Source: a bacterium (GTDB lineage: Bacteria; Patescibacteriota; Minisyncoccia; Phycocordibacterales; Phycocordibacteraceae). From it: a DNA stretch of 64,000 bases. Position 1 is the first letter of the stretch; each line of letters opens with the position of its first letter. Below are positions 50,350 through 59,139 of the stretch, one piece after another. The notes beneath the pieces are model-generated. The model saw only the letters and a program-made list of their open reading frames with translations, did not search any database and was not told the DNA's origin. The stretch lies in NCBI GenBank assembly GCA_037200965.1, contig JBBCGK010000001.1, positions 736,001 through 800,000 of the forward strand. Reading direction: 5' to 3'. Both the position numbers and the translations under genes were made by a program.

Positions 50350-51978
50350 ATGGACATCAATACCTGCTTCGCTACGACAAGCGCATTTCGTGAACTGGCC
50401 CTCTATTCCCACCTCGTTCCAGGGGTTGCGAGCCTTATTCTCGGAGCAGTTGCCTATTTCAATGCGCCGAATAGGTACAAAGCCGTTTTCTTCTTCGGTT
50501 TTACCATTGCGTTCGCTCTCTGGCTCGGCGGAGACTTAATCAATTGGGTGGCGAATGACTATCATCTCGTCGCGGCCACCTGGGCGCCGCTCGACTATAT
50601 CAATATCGTATTTTTCGCGCTCCTCTTCGGTTTTGTCTATACTGACCTGTCTTCGCGCCCGATGCCGGTGTGGCTCTCGGGACTTCTGATTCTCTCCGCC
50701 GTTGTGCCTTTTTTCCTTACGGTAACCGGTCAGGCCGTCTTTCAGCTGAACCAGCCGCAATGCGAAATGGTCGATAACGAATTTCTTGCGAACTACAAGG
50801 CGATATTTGAAGCCCTGATTTTGGGAGCGACGCTCCTGTTCGGTATATATCGAATGATACAGTCATGGAAAAATCGCCGTGAACGGATTCGCGTACTGCT
50901 TGTCGTTGGCTCCATCGTTTTGTTCATGGGCATTTTTGCCGGAGCAGAATACGTGTCGACAGCGACTTCCATATTCGAAATAACCTTGTATTCACTCTTC
51001 GCTCTTCCGTTTTTCATCCTTTTCCTGACTATTGCGATTACCAATTACGAAACATTCAAGATCGGCGATAAGGGAGTCCAGGTACTTTTCTACATATTCA
51101 TTCTGATCGGCGGCGCTGAGTTCTTCTTCGTTCAAAATCCTACCGATCTTCTCCTGACCATTTTAGGATTTGCCGTAACCCTCGGATTCGGTGCACTCCT
51201 TTTTCAGTCGGCCAAGCGAGAGATACGCAACAGGCACGAGATCGAAGAACTGGCTGGGAATTTGGAGGCCGCGAACGCGCGGCTCAAGGAGCTCGACCAG
51301 CTCAAGAGCGAATTCCTTTCGATCGCGTCGCACCAGCTGCGCGCCCCGCTTACCGCTATTCGCGGCTACGCCTCTCTCGTTGTCCAGGGCGACTACGGGA
51401 CTGTTCCGGAGGCCCTCAAAGAGCCGCTGGATCGCATTGCCGAGTCTTCGCGCGTCATGGCGTCCTCTATTGAGGATTATCTGAATATCTCCCGCATCGA
51501 GCAGGGAAGGCTCAAGTACGAAATGGCGCCCGTCGCGCTTGGCGACCTCGCGCGCAAAGTCACCGACGAGCTGCGACCCGTCGCGACGGAACACGGACTT
51601 GCGCTCACTTATCTCGCTCCTCCTCAGGAAGTCACGGTGACGGCGGATGTTGGGAAGGTAAAACAGGTTATCACCAACCTCGTCGACAACGCGATCAAGT
51701 ACACGCCCGCCGGAAGCGTATCGGTCGCCGTTGAAAGGGCTGGTGTCGGCGCCCGCGTCACCGTTTCCGATACGGGCATCGGCATCGGGAAAGATGAGAT
51801 CGGCGGGCTCTTCGAGAAATTCAAGCGCGCCCGCGACGCGAACAAGGTGAACACGACCGGAACCGGGCTCGGGCTCTATGTCGCCAAGCAGCTGGTCGAG
51901 GGTCATAAGGGGAAGATATGGATCGAGTCCGAAGGCACAGGCAAGGGCACGAAGTTTATCGTTGAGCTTCCGGCGTAG
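50350..51978 (+). CDS. sensor histidine kinase with N-terminal multi-TM domain
   Basis: HisKA LKSEFLSIASHQLRAPLTAI and HATPase_c (…VSDTGIGI…GTGLGLYVAK…). Confidence 0.85.
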   Translation: MDINTCFATTSAFRELALYSHLVPGVASLILGAVAYFNAPNRYKAVFFFGFTIAFALWLGGDLINWVANDYHLVAATWAPLDYINIVFFALLFGFVYTDLSSRPMPVWLSGLLILSAVVPFFLTVTGQAVFQLNQPQCEMVDNEFLANYKAIFEALILGATLLFGIYRMIQSWKNRRERIRVLLVVGSIVLFMGIFAGAEYVSTATSIFEITLYSLFALPFFILFLTIAITNYETFKIGDKGVQVLFYIFILIGGAEFFFVQNPTDLLLTILGFAVTLGFGALLFQSAKREIRNRHEIEELAGNLEAANARLKELDQLKSEFLSIASHQLRAPLTAIRGYASLVVQGDYGTVPEALKEPLDRIAESSRVMASSIEDYLNISRIEQGRLKYEMAPVALGDLARKVTDELRPVATEHGLALTYLAPPQEVTVTADVGKVKQVITNLVDNAIKYTPAGSVSVAVERAGVGARVTVSDTGIGIGKDEIGGLFEKFKRARDANKVNTTGTGLGLYVAKQLVEGHKGKIWIESEGTGKGTKFIVELPA

Positions 51979-52060
51979 TGTAATAATCCCCCCCATCTCT
52001 TTTTCTCCAGCTGTGGAGAAAAGTACTTTAGTTATATAGAATCGAGGTTACTATATACCT

Positions 52061-52735
52061 ATGGCTAAGAGCGATAGAAAACAAGAAGCAAGGCGACTTC
52101 GCGCCCGCGGACTTATGTTTGCTGAGATTGCAAAGCGGTTGAATATTTCAAAGTCCACGGCGGGGCTTTGGTGTAAAGATTTGAAGCTCACTTCGATCGC
52201 TTTAGCAAAGCTTGCAAAAAAAGCTGGAGACGGACGCCAAAGAGGAAGGCTACTCGGTTCTCAAGCGATCAAGCGGGCAAGACTCGAAAGAGTGAATCAG
52301 GCAGAAACAGAGGCCAGGAAACTCATTGGAATGATCAATGCCCGCGATTTACTGGTAGCAGGTGCTGCGTTGTATTGGGGTGAAGGAAGTAAAGATAGAA
52401 AGCTAACTTTTACCAACACCAATCCTCACATGTTGCGATTTGTTCTTAAGTGGTTTTTCGATTCCTTGAACGTTGCTCATGAGGACATTCGTGTCTGGAT
52501 ATACATTAATTCTACTCACGCGGATAGAAGCACCCAGATTTTCCGTTTTTGGAGACGCGAACTGGGATTGCCAGCTGCTCAATTTGCCAATCCGGTTTTA
52601 CTTAAAGCAAGACAAGGAAAGGTTTACGAAAAACGCGAAACGTATTATGGTGTAGTATCGCTTCGGATAAAGAAAAGTACCGAATTGCAGTACAAGATTC
52701 TTGGTCTTATAAAAGCGATGCAATTGCCGGCGTAG
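52061..52735 (+). CDS. HTH + LAGLIDADG-like (I-CreI-like single-motif) putative homing-endonuclease-family protein
   Basis: Low-GC ORF with an N-terminal HTH (MFAEIAKRLNISKSTAGLW), then LLVAGAALYWGEGSK and LTFTNTNPHMLRFVLKWFFDSL. These resemble the I-CreI LAGLIDADG and following strands. The stop codon lies inside the next tRNA. Confidence 0.45.
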   Translation: MAKSDRKQEARRLRARGLMFAEIAKRLNISKSTAGLWCKDLKLTSIALAKLAKKAGDGRQRGRLLGSQAIKRARLERVNQAETEARKLIGMINARDLLVAGAALYWGEGSKDRKLTFTNTNPHMLRFVLKWFFDSLNVAHEDIRVWIYINSTHADRSTQIFRFWRRELGLPAAQFANPVLLKARQGKVYEKRETYYGVVSLRIKKSTELQYKILGLIKAMQLPA

Positions 52736-52800
52736 TTCAAGGGTTAGAACGAGACACTCATAAAGTCTAGACGGTGGCTCGACTCCACCCGCCGGCACCA
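52726..52800 (+). tRNA. tRNA(CAU) (Met/Ile2) with genomically encoded CCA
   Basis: Acceptor GCCGGCG/CGCCGGC, D-arm GUUC…GAAC, anticodon loop CU-CAU-AA, T-arm GGUGG-CUCGACU-CCACC, then A-CCA. The T-loop is non-canonical and positions 31-39 form an A·A mismatch. Confidence 0.6.
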
Positions 52801-52833
52801 AGATTCGGGCAGGACACGGTATACTGGGGGTGA

Positions 52834-53088
52834 ATGGACATACCTCTCCTCATCATCGGCACGATCGGCGCAGCAGTCCTTCTTGCGGCGTTCGCGCTTG
52901 AGCAAACGGGCGTGATTACTGACAAATCCTATGCCTACGACTGTGCCAATGTCATCGGTTCGGGGCTTTTGGGCTGGTATGCGTTCGTGGGCCACGTCTA
53001 CCCATTCGTCGTGCTTGAGGTGGTATGGGCTACGGTTGCCCTATACTACATCCTCGGCCGTCTTGCCGGGAAGGGCAAAGGCGGGTAA
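52834..53088 (+). CDS. small 2-TM membrane protein
   Basis: 84 aa, hydrophobic, with a GKGKGG tail. Confidence 0.45.
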   Translation: MDIPLLIIGTIGAAVLLAAFALEQTGVITDKSYAYDCANVIGSGLLGWYAFVGHVYPFVVLEVVWATVALYYILGRLAGKGKGG

Positions 53089-53150
53089 AGTATCGAAGCT
53101 GCGAGAACGCGATGCCCGCGTCGTCTCGCGGCATAAGCTGGTTTTCAATT

Positions 53151-53222
53151 GCGGCTGTAGCTCAACGGTAGAGCGCCGCCCTGTCACGGCGGAGGCCGTG
53201 GGGTCAGCACCCATCAGCCGCG
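53151..53222 (+). tRNA. tRNA-Asp(GUC) with atypical T-loop (GUCAGCA)
   Basis: Acceptor GCGGCUG/CAGCCGC, D-arm GCUC-AACGGUA-GAGC, anticodon stem-loop CCGCC-CUGUCAC-GGCGG. The T-arm is GUGGG…CCCAU with a G·U pair. Confidence 0.6.
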
Positions 53223-53266
53223 CAAAATGAATGAGCCCCGTACGGGGCTCATTCATTTTGCGCGGC
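53221..53266. terminator. ~20-bp perfect palindrome hairpin (bidirectional terminator)
   Basis: GCGCAAAAUGAAUGAGCCCC-guac-GGGGCUCAUUCAUUUUGCGC. It lies between the tRNA-Asp and a convergent minus-strand gene. Confidence 0.65.
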
Positions 53267-53281
53267 GCTTAGCAGCAAACG

Positions 53282-53662
53282 CTACGCCCCTCTCCTGTGC
53301 CGCTGTGCGTCGAGTTCCCGGAGTTCCTTGAATTCCTCCTGGAGCACGTCGAGCGCCTTATCCTCAAGATCCTCCGCATCGATAAATGAGTTGCGCGCGG
53401 GCTTGATAGCGCGGATGACCTCGTCAAGCTTCAGGTGTATCGCATGCGCGTCGCGGTTCTGCGTATTTTGGATGAGAAAGACCATGAGGAAGGTGAGGAT
53501 GGTCGTTCCCGTGTTAATGACGAGCTGCCAGGTGTCCGAGAAGCCGAAGACAGGTCCTGTTGCTCCCCAGACGACGATCGCAAGCACGGCGACGACAAAA
53601 GCTCCCGGCGAGCCGGTAGCCTTGCTGGTCCAGTGCGCGATGCGCCTGAAGAGGCTGCTCAT
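53282..53662 (-). CDS. low-affinity iron permease family protein
   Basis: …GSPGAFVVAVLAIVVWGATGPVFGFSDTWQLVINTGTTILTFLMVFLIQNTQNRD…HLKLDEVIRA matches the conserved core of this family. Confidence 0.7.
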   Translation of the reverse strand: MSSLFRRIAHWTSKATGSPGAFVVAVLAIVVWGATGPVFGFSDTWQLVINTGTTILTFLMVFLIQNTQNRDAHAIHLKLDEVIRAIKPARNSFIDAEDLEDKALDVLQEEFKELRELDAQRHRRGA

Positions 53663-53678
53663 GAATATCGCTGGCAGC

Positions 53679-53906
53679 CTACGACCACTTCGCCCCCTGG
53701 TGGTTTTCCTTGCAGCACTTGCAGCCTCCGAGCTTTACGGCGCCGATGACGATGAGAAGGACCGGCCAGATAACGGCAACGGCTCCCATGGTGAGGATAT
53801 CCCAAGTCTGAAGTAGGAATGCGAGACCGATGAGAATGATGGCGACCGGCACGACCTTGTGGTGCGGGCACTTGCAGACTTTCATTTCCATATGATTGTT
53901 TTCCAT
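53679..53906 (-). CDS. small 2-TM protein with CxC…HH and CKCC motifs
   Basis: 75 aa. A Cys/His cluster flanks two TM helices. It lies just upstream of the iron permease on the same strand. Confidence 0.4.
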   Translation of the reverse strand: MENNHMEMKVCKCPHHKVVPVAIILIGLAFLLQTWDILTMGAVAVIWPVLLIVIGAVKLGGCKCCKENHQGAKWS

Positions 53907-54037
53907 GCGGTACGGTTACGGTTTATAAGCAACGCTTTAAGGATAGCACGTGGGCTTTAGGCGCCAGCGGGCCGGGTGCGTTACTTTGGCTTCACTGCGT
54001 TACGTGCTAGCATCGGCTAGTTCCTTTCGGGGAACAT

Positions 54038-54110
54038 GCCGATGTAGCTCAGCTGGTAGAGCAACTCCATGGTAAGGAGTAGGTCCCCGGTTCAAATCCG
54101 GGCATCGGCT
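54038..54110 (+). tRNA. tRNA-Thr(GGU)
   Basis: Canonical cloverleaf: acceptor GCCGAUG/CAUCGGC, D-arm GCUC-AGCUGGUA-GAGC, anticodon loop AU-GGU-AA, T-arm CCCGG-UUCAAAU-CCGGG. Confidence 0.9.
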
Positions 54111-54180
54111 CAGAGGTAAAAAGCACTCGTAGTCCAGCTCACTGTTGTGAGAGTGCGTTCTGTGGTAAAAATCTAGGTAC

Positions 54181-54253
54181 GCCGGAGTAGCTCAGTTGGT
54201 AGAGCACGTCATTCGTAATGACGGGGTCGTCGGTTCAATCCCGACCTCCGGCT
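54181..54253 (+). tRNA. tRNA-Thr(CGU)
   Basis: Acceptor GCCGGAG/CUCCGGC, anticodon stem-loop CGUCA-UUCGUAA-UGACG, T-arm GUCGG-UUCAAUC-CCGAC. Confidence 0.9.
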
Positions 54254-54260
54254 CAAGCAC

Positions 54261-54293
54261 AAAAGGCGCAGCTCTTTTAGCTGCGCCTTTTGT
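54261..54293 (+). terminator. rho-independent terminator after tRNA-Thr pair
   Basis: 9-bp stem GGCGCAGCU/AGCUGCGCC followed by a U-tract. Confidence 0.7.
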
Positions 54294-54305
54294 TATACTC
54301 GGCAG

Positions 54306-55184
54306 ATGACGGACGGCGAGAAACGGCTTGCGGAACTCGAAGCGCTCATGGCCTCGGGCGATTTCTGGCTTGATAAGGAGAAGGCGCAGGCTTTGGTGCG
54401 CGAATACCAGATTCTTAAGGAAAGCGGCGGAGAAGAGGGGCATGACGGAGGGGGTGCGACCCTTGCGGTTCTTGCGGGCGCCGGGGGCGACGATGCGGAG
54501 GATTTCGCGCGCATGCTTTTGCATATGTATCGCGGATACGCGGCCGCGAAGGACTGGGGCGTAAAGCTTCTCGATGATACTGAAAACGACAATGGCGGAT
54601 ACCGCAGCGCGCTTCTTGAGATAAGCGGCAAGGGCGCATACGGACGCCTCAAGCATGAAGCGGGCGTGCACCGGCTCGTACGGCAGTCCCCGTTCAATTC
54701 CCAGGCAAAGCGGCAGACCAGCTTCGCGCTCGTTGAAGTGCTTCCCAAGCTCGCACCTTCGGAAGGAATAGTCTTTTCTCCGGACGACATCGAAATACAG
54801 TTCGCCAAATCAGGCGGAGCGGGCGGACAAAATGTGAACAAGCGCGAGACCGCGGTGCGCATCCTCCACAAAGCATCAGGTATTTCAGTACATGTTTCAA
54901 GCGAACGCAGCCAGCAGGCAAACCGCGAGAAGGCACTCGAACTCCTGCGCGCCAAACTCTTCACGGCCCAGGAAGAGCAGGCCAAGGCCGAGAAGGAAGG
55001 CCGCTCCATCGCGAAGACGACCGCGAACGAGTGGGGAAGCCAGATACGCTCCTACGTGCTCCATCCGTACAAGCTCGTGAAGGATCACAGGACGAATCAT
55101 GAGTCGCATGATCCCGAGCGGGTACTTGAGGGGGATTTGGACGGATTCATAGACGCGGTTGCGAATCTACAGCCCGGGGAGTAA
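54306..55184 (+). CDS. prfB: peptide chain release factor 2 (short form, no programmed +1 frameshift site apparent)
   Basis: SPF tripeptide (RQSPFNSQ) and GGQ motif ([11 protein letters not shown]). The protein is 292 aa and begins at a position equivalent to ~aa 30 of E. coli RF2, directly after a terminator. Confidence 0.85.
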   Translation: MTDGEKRLAELEALMASGDFWLDKEKAQALVREYQILKESGGEEGHDGGGATLAVLAGAGGDDAEDFARMLLHMYRGYAAAKDWGVKLLDDTENDNGGYRSALLEISGKGAYGRLKHEAGVHRLVRQSPFNSQAKRQTSFALVEVLPKLAPSEGIVFSPDDIEIQFAKSGGAGGQNVNKRETAVRILHKASGISVHVSSERSQQANREKALELLRAKLFTAQEEQAKAEKEGRSIAKTTANEWGSQIRSYVLHPYKLVKDHRTNHESHDPERVLEGDLDGFIDAVANLQPGE

Positions 55185-55806
55185 CCTGCGCTGCAGGCGA
55201 ATGATCACAGGAGATGACCCGTGGCAACACAAAGCACTGTTTTTACCGTTACCCAGTACGCAAAAAGACCGCGCTTCCGTCAGGGCGAGCTGAATCCCAT
55301 CCATGTCGATTGCCTCCTCCCGTTCGTGCTTGGTGCCGGCGCGCGCGTTCGGATCATCCGGAATCATTTGATGTTCGATACCGGCTCGGTTCGGTGGGAA
55401 GGCGGAATCGGCGGTCGGCGCAACTTTTGCGGGCTGGGCAAGCTCTTCGACGCGCTCCCGGATTCGTGCGCCGTGATCAAAACGACGCGGCTTGCCCCGA
55501 TGCTCGCGGCGGAATGGTTCGAGCCGGATGACGTCGTCAAGCTCGAGATCTCGCCCGCTGCTTTCAGAGCACACTATCACGCGGAGCCCGGGCGTTGGCG
55601 GATGTAGGAGCGCAAACTATTTAACCGGCAGGCGGCCTAGTGCCGCCTGCTTTCTTTTGTCGGGTATCCGCGCGACTTTACGTATACGAAGCGCTCAGCG
55701 AAGCCGACAGTCGGGCAACGCTTTCTTTATCCCCACCTCGGCCCGTGCGTTTCCTTCATGTTTCTAGACGAGCGGTTTTCGAATAGGGTACAATGGTACG
55801 AACGGC

Positions 55807-56487
55807 ATGATTTACTTCGACAAGGTCACCAAGATCTATAACGGCAGCGAACCCGCGCTTGAGGACATAACTCTCTCCATCGCCCCCAAGGAATTCGTTT
55901 CCATCGTCGGGCACTCGGGCGCGGGGAAGACAACGCTCCTCAAGATGCTCCTTGCGGAAGAGAAGCCCACCGACGGCTCGATATTCTTCGAATCGATCGA
56001 CGTGCATGCTCTTCCTTCCGCGGCGCTTCACCACTACCGCCGCAAGATCGGCGTCGTATTCCAGGATTTCCGGCTCATCCCGACGAAGACCGCGTACGAG
56101 AACATCGCCTTCGCGATGGAGGCCGCGGGACGCCCCGACGACGAGATCGCCTCCGATGTACCGTATATCCTCGAGCTCGTCGATCTCGCGAATAAAGCGA
56201 ACCATTTCCCTTCGCAGCTCTCGGGCGGCGAGAAGCAGCGCGTGGCGATCGGAAGGGCGATCGTAAACCAGCCAGAGCTTATCGTTGCCGACGAGCCGAC
56301 GGGGAATCTCGATCCGATCAACACCTATGAGATCGTCGAGATACTCAAGAAGATCAACGAGCTTGGCACCACGGTCGTGATCACGACGCACAACAAGGGT
56401 GTCGTCGACGCCGTCGGAAAGCGGGTCGTGACTATGGACCGCGGGAAAGTGGTGCGCGATGATCCGCAAGGCGCCTACGTCTTATAA
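55807..56487 (+). CDS. ftsE: cell-division ABC ATPase FtsE
   Basis: Walker [10 protein letters not shown], signature LSGGEKQRV, Walker [13 protein letters not shown]. Confidence 0.9.
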   Translation: MIYFDKVTKIYNGSEPALEDITLSIAPKEFVSIVGHSGAGKTTLLKMLLAEEKPTDGSIFFESIDVHALPSAALHHYRRKIGVVFQDFRLIPTKTAYENIAFAMEAAGRPDDEIASDVPYILELVDLANKANHFPSQLSGGEKQRVAIGRAIVNQPELIVADEPTGNLDPINTYEIVEILKKINELGTTVVITTHNKGVVDAVGKRVVTMDRGKVVRDDPQGAYVL

Positions 56488-56497
56488 CGATATTTCT

Positions 56498-57424
56498 ATG
56501 AACTGGACCAACATCCGCCGCATACTTTCCCAGGGAGCAACTACGTTCGTACGTAGCGGCTCGGTGTCCTTTGCGACCGTGCTCATCATGACGGTGACGC
56601 TCGGCATCATCGCGTTCCTCATTTTCCTCTCGGCGGTACTCAACTTCACGCTCGACTCGATCAAGGACAAGGTGGACGTGAACGTGTATTTCGTCACGAC
56701 CGCGGCCACAAGTGATATCAACGCGCTTAAGGATAAGCTCGAGAAGCTTCCCGAGGTGCGGGAAGTGACCTATACCTCCCGCGAGCAGGCGCTCGCCGAT
56801 TTCACCGCGCGCCACGCAAGCGATCAGCTCACGCTCCAGGCGCTTGATGAGCTTGGCGAGAATCCGCTCGGTGCGAACCTTGCCGTGAAGGCCAAAGATC
56901 CTTCGCAGTACGAGGGGATCGTCAGCTTCCTTGGCGGCCAGCCGGCGCTTTCCTCCGACGGCGCGTCGATCATCGACCGCATCAACTACCAGCAGAATAA
57001 GACCGTGATCGACCGCCTCACGGGCGCCATCGACGCGACGAGGAAGGTCGGCGTCGTGATCGTCCTTCTCTTCGCTCTTGCTTCGATCACGATCGCCTTC
57101 GCTACCATCCGCCTCGCCATCTACACCGCGCGAGACGAGATCGGCGTGATGCGGCTCGTCGGGGCTTCGAACTCCTATATCCGCTATCCGTTTGTCGTCG
57201 CGGGCATGATCGCGGGGCTTCTTGCCGCGCTTATCGTGCTCTTCATCCTCTATCCGGCTACCTGGTACGCCGCGAGCGCAACGACGACATGGCTTGGGGG
57301 CTTCAGCCTCTTCTCGTACTACGCGGGCAACTTCGCCGCGATCTTCTTCGCGCTTGTCGGTTCGGGAGTGATCCTCGGAGGCCTCGCGAGCTTCCTCGCG
57401 GTGCGCCGGTATCTCAAGATCTAG
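56498..57424 (+). CDS. ftsX: cell-division permease-like protein FtsX
   Basis: It follows ftsE. N-terminal TM, an extracellular domain, and three C-terminal TM helices. An alternative overlapping start lies at 56459. Confidence 0.8.
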   Translation: MNWTNIRRILSQGATTFVRSGSVSFATVLIMTVTLGIIAFLIFLSAVLNFTLDSIKDKVDVNVYFVTTAATSDINALKDKLEKLPEVREVTYTSREQALADFTARHASDQLTLQALDELGENPLGANLAVKAKDPSQYEGIVSFLGGQPALSSDGASIIDRINYQQNKTVIDRLTGAIDATRKVGVVIVLLFALASITIAFATIRLAIYTARDEIGVMRLVGASNSYIRYPFVVAGMIAGLLAALIVLFILYPATWYAASATTTWLGGFSLFSYYAGNFAAIFFALVGSGVILGGLASFLAVRRYLKI

Positions 57425-57425
57425 T

Positions 57426-59081
57426 ATGGCAAAGCAGCCGCACAAATACATCTTCGTCGTCGGCGGGGTGATGAGCGGCGTGGGGAAAGGCGTCGCGACC
57501 GCGTCGATCGGGAAGATACTTTCCTCGCGCGGCTTCAAGGTGAACCTCGTCAAGATCGATCCGTACCTCAATGTCGATGCGGGCACGATGAATCCGACCG
57601 AGCACGGCGAAGTGTTCGTGCTCGACTCGGGGCTCGAGACCGACCAGGACATGGGCAACTACGAGCGCTTCCTCGGCCGCGGGCTCGGGCCCGAGGACTA
57701 TATGACTTCCGGGATGGTATACAAGGCGGTCATCGAGCGCGAGCGGGCGCTCGGGTACAAAGGCAAGTTCGTCGAAGCCATCCCGCACGTGCGCGACGAG
57801 ATCATCGAGCGGCTCGAGCGGGCAAGCGAGGCTGCAGGTTCCGATGTATCGGTCATCGAGATCGGCGGCACCGTGGGGGACTTCCAGAACGCCCTTTTCA
57901 TCGAGGCCGGACGCGTCATGCACATGCGGGATCCCCGGGACGTGCTTTTTATCATGGTCTCCTATCTTCCGGTTCCGGGCACCATCGGGGAAATGAAGAC
58001 CAAACCGACCCAAAGCGCGATACGGGATTTGAACCGCTATGGCGTGCAGCCCGAGATCATCATCGCCCGCTCGACGCACGCGCTTGACGCGAAGCGCAAG
58101 GAAAAGCTCGCCGTCTGGTGCAACGTCCTTCCCGAGCGCGTGATCTCCGCGCCGGACGTCAAAAGCGTGTATGACGTGCCGACGAATTTCGAGCGCGACC
58201 GGCTCTCCGATATCCTCCTTAAGATACTCGACCTCAAGACCCGGAAGAGCGCGGACCTCAGGGAATGGGAGCAGTTCGCGAAGCGCGCGCATAACGGCAA
58301 GTCAGCGGTCAAGATCGCGATTGTCGGAAAGTATTTCGATACGGGCGACTTCGTCCTCTCCGACGCCTATCTGTCCGTCATCGAGGCCATCAAGTATTCG
58401 GCGTACGCGCTTGGCGTCCGGCCCGAGCTCCATTGGCTTTCCTCGCACGAGTTCGAGAAGGACCCGAAGGCGGTCGCGAAACTGAAGTCGTACGACGGCA
58501 TCATCGTTCCCGGGGGCTTCGGCGAAAGCGGGATAGAGGGGAAGATACACGTGATCCGCTACGCGCGGGAGAAGAAGATCCCGTATTTCGGCCTCTGCTA
58601 CGGCATGCAGCTCATGACCGTCGAGTTCGCGCGAAACGTCGCGGGCCTCAAGGGCGCGAACACGACCGAGATCAACAAGGATACGCCGCATCCGGTGATC
58701 GATATCCTTCCGGAGCAGAAGGAAAAGCTTGAAAAGAAAGACTATGGCGGCTCCATGCGCCTTGGCGCCTATCCCTGCTACCTGAAGCCCGCAACCATCG
58801 CCCGCGCGGCATACGGGAAGGAAATGGTCGCCGAGCGGCACCGCCACCGCTACGAGGTCAATCCCGACTACGTCTATCGATTGCAGAAGGCGGGCCTCGT
58901 CTTTTCCGGCGTCTCTTCCTTCGCGCACGGGGGCGACCTCATGGAAATCGCGGAGCTTCCGAAATCGAAGCACCCGTTCATGCTCGGCACGCAGTTCCAT
59001 CCCGAATTCAAGGCGCGTCCGCTCTCGCCGCACCCGCTCTTCACCGCGTTCATCAAGGCCGCAAAGGGAAAAAAGAAATAG
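57426..59081 (+). CDS. pyrG: CTP synthase
   Basis: N-terminal YIFVVGGVMSGVGKG synthetase domain, a C-terminal class I glutamine amidotransferase (GLCYGMQ…H…E), and a length of 551 aa. Confidence 0.95.
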   Translation: MAKQPHKYIFVVGGVMSGVGKGVATASIGKILSSRGFKVNLVKIDPYLNVDAGTMNPTEHGEVFVLDSGLETDQDMGNYERFLGRGLGPEDYMTSGMVYKAVIERERALGYKGKFVEAIPHVRDEIIERLERASEAAGSDVSVIEIGGTVGDFQNALFIEAGRVMHMRDPRDVLFIMVSYLPVPGTIGEMKTKPTQSAIRDLNRYGVQPEIIIARSTHALDAKRKEKLAVWCNVLPERVISAPDVKSVYDVPTNFERDRLSDILLKILDLKTRKSADLREWEQFAKRAHNGKSAVKIAIVGKYFDTGDFVLSDAYLSVIEAIKYSAYALGVRPELHWLSSHEFEKDPKAVAKLKSYDGIIVPGGFGESGIEGKIHVIRYAREKKIPYFGLCYGMQLMTVEFARNVAGLKGANTTEINKDTPHPVIDILPEQKEKLEKKDYGGSMRLGAYPCYLKPATIARAAYGKEMVAERHRHRYEVNPDYVYRLQKAGLVFSGVSSFAHGGDLMEIAELPKSKHPFMLGTQFHPEFKARPLSPHPLFTAFIKAAKGKKK

Positions 59082-59092
59082 GCTTGCGTGTG

Positions 59093-59139
59093 TAAAGCGA
59101 AGGGGCGGCACCGGGATGAAACCCGGCGCCGCCCGTTTC
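59093..59139. repeat. GC-rich hairpin repeat copy 1 (bidirectional terminator between pyrG and NDK-like gene)
   Basis: UAAAGCGAAGGGGCGGCACCGGG-augaaa-CCCGGCGCCGCCCG. A near-identical copy lies at 60246-60293. Confidence 0.6.

Noticed and set aside
52003-52030. Hairpin UCUCCA-gcug-UGGAGA after the histidine kinase
   Set aside because: The U-tract precedes rather than follows the stem on the + strand, and no minus-strand gene terminates here. It is a weak terminator candidate.
55167-55607. Overlapping ORFs 55221-55607 (+) and 55167-55580 (-) between prfB and ftsE
   Set aside because: Both have moderately coding-like codon usage but no recognisable domain, and they mutually exclude each other. 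I could not decide which is real, if either.
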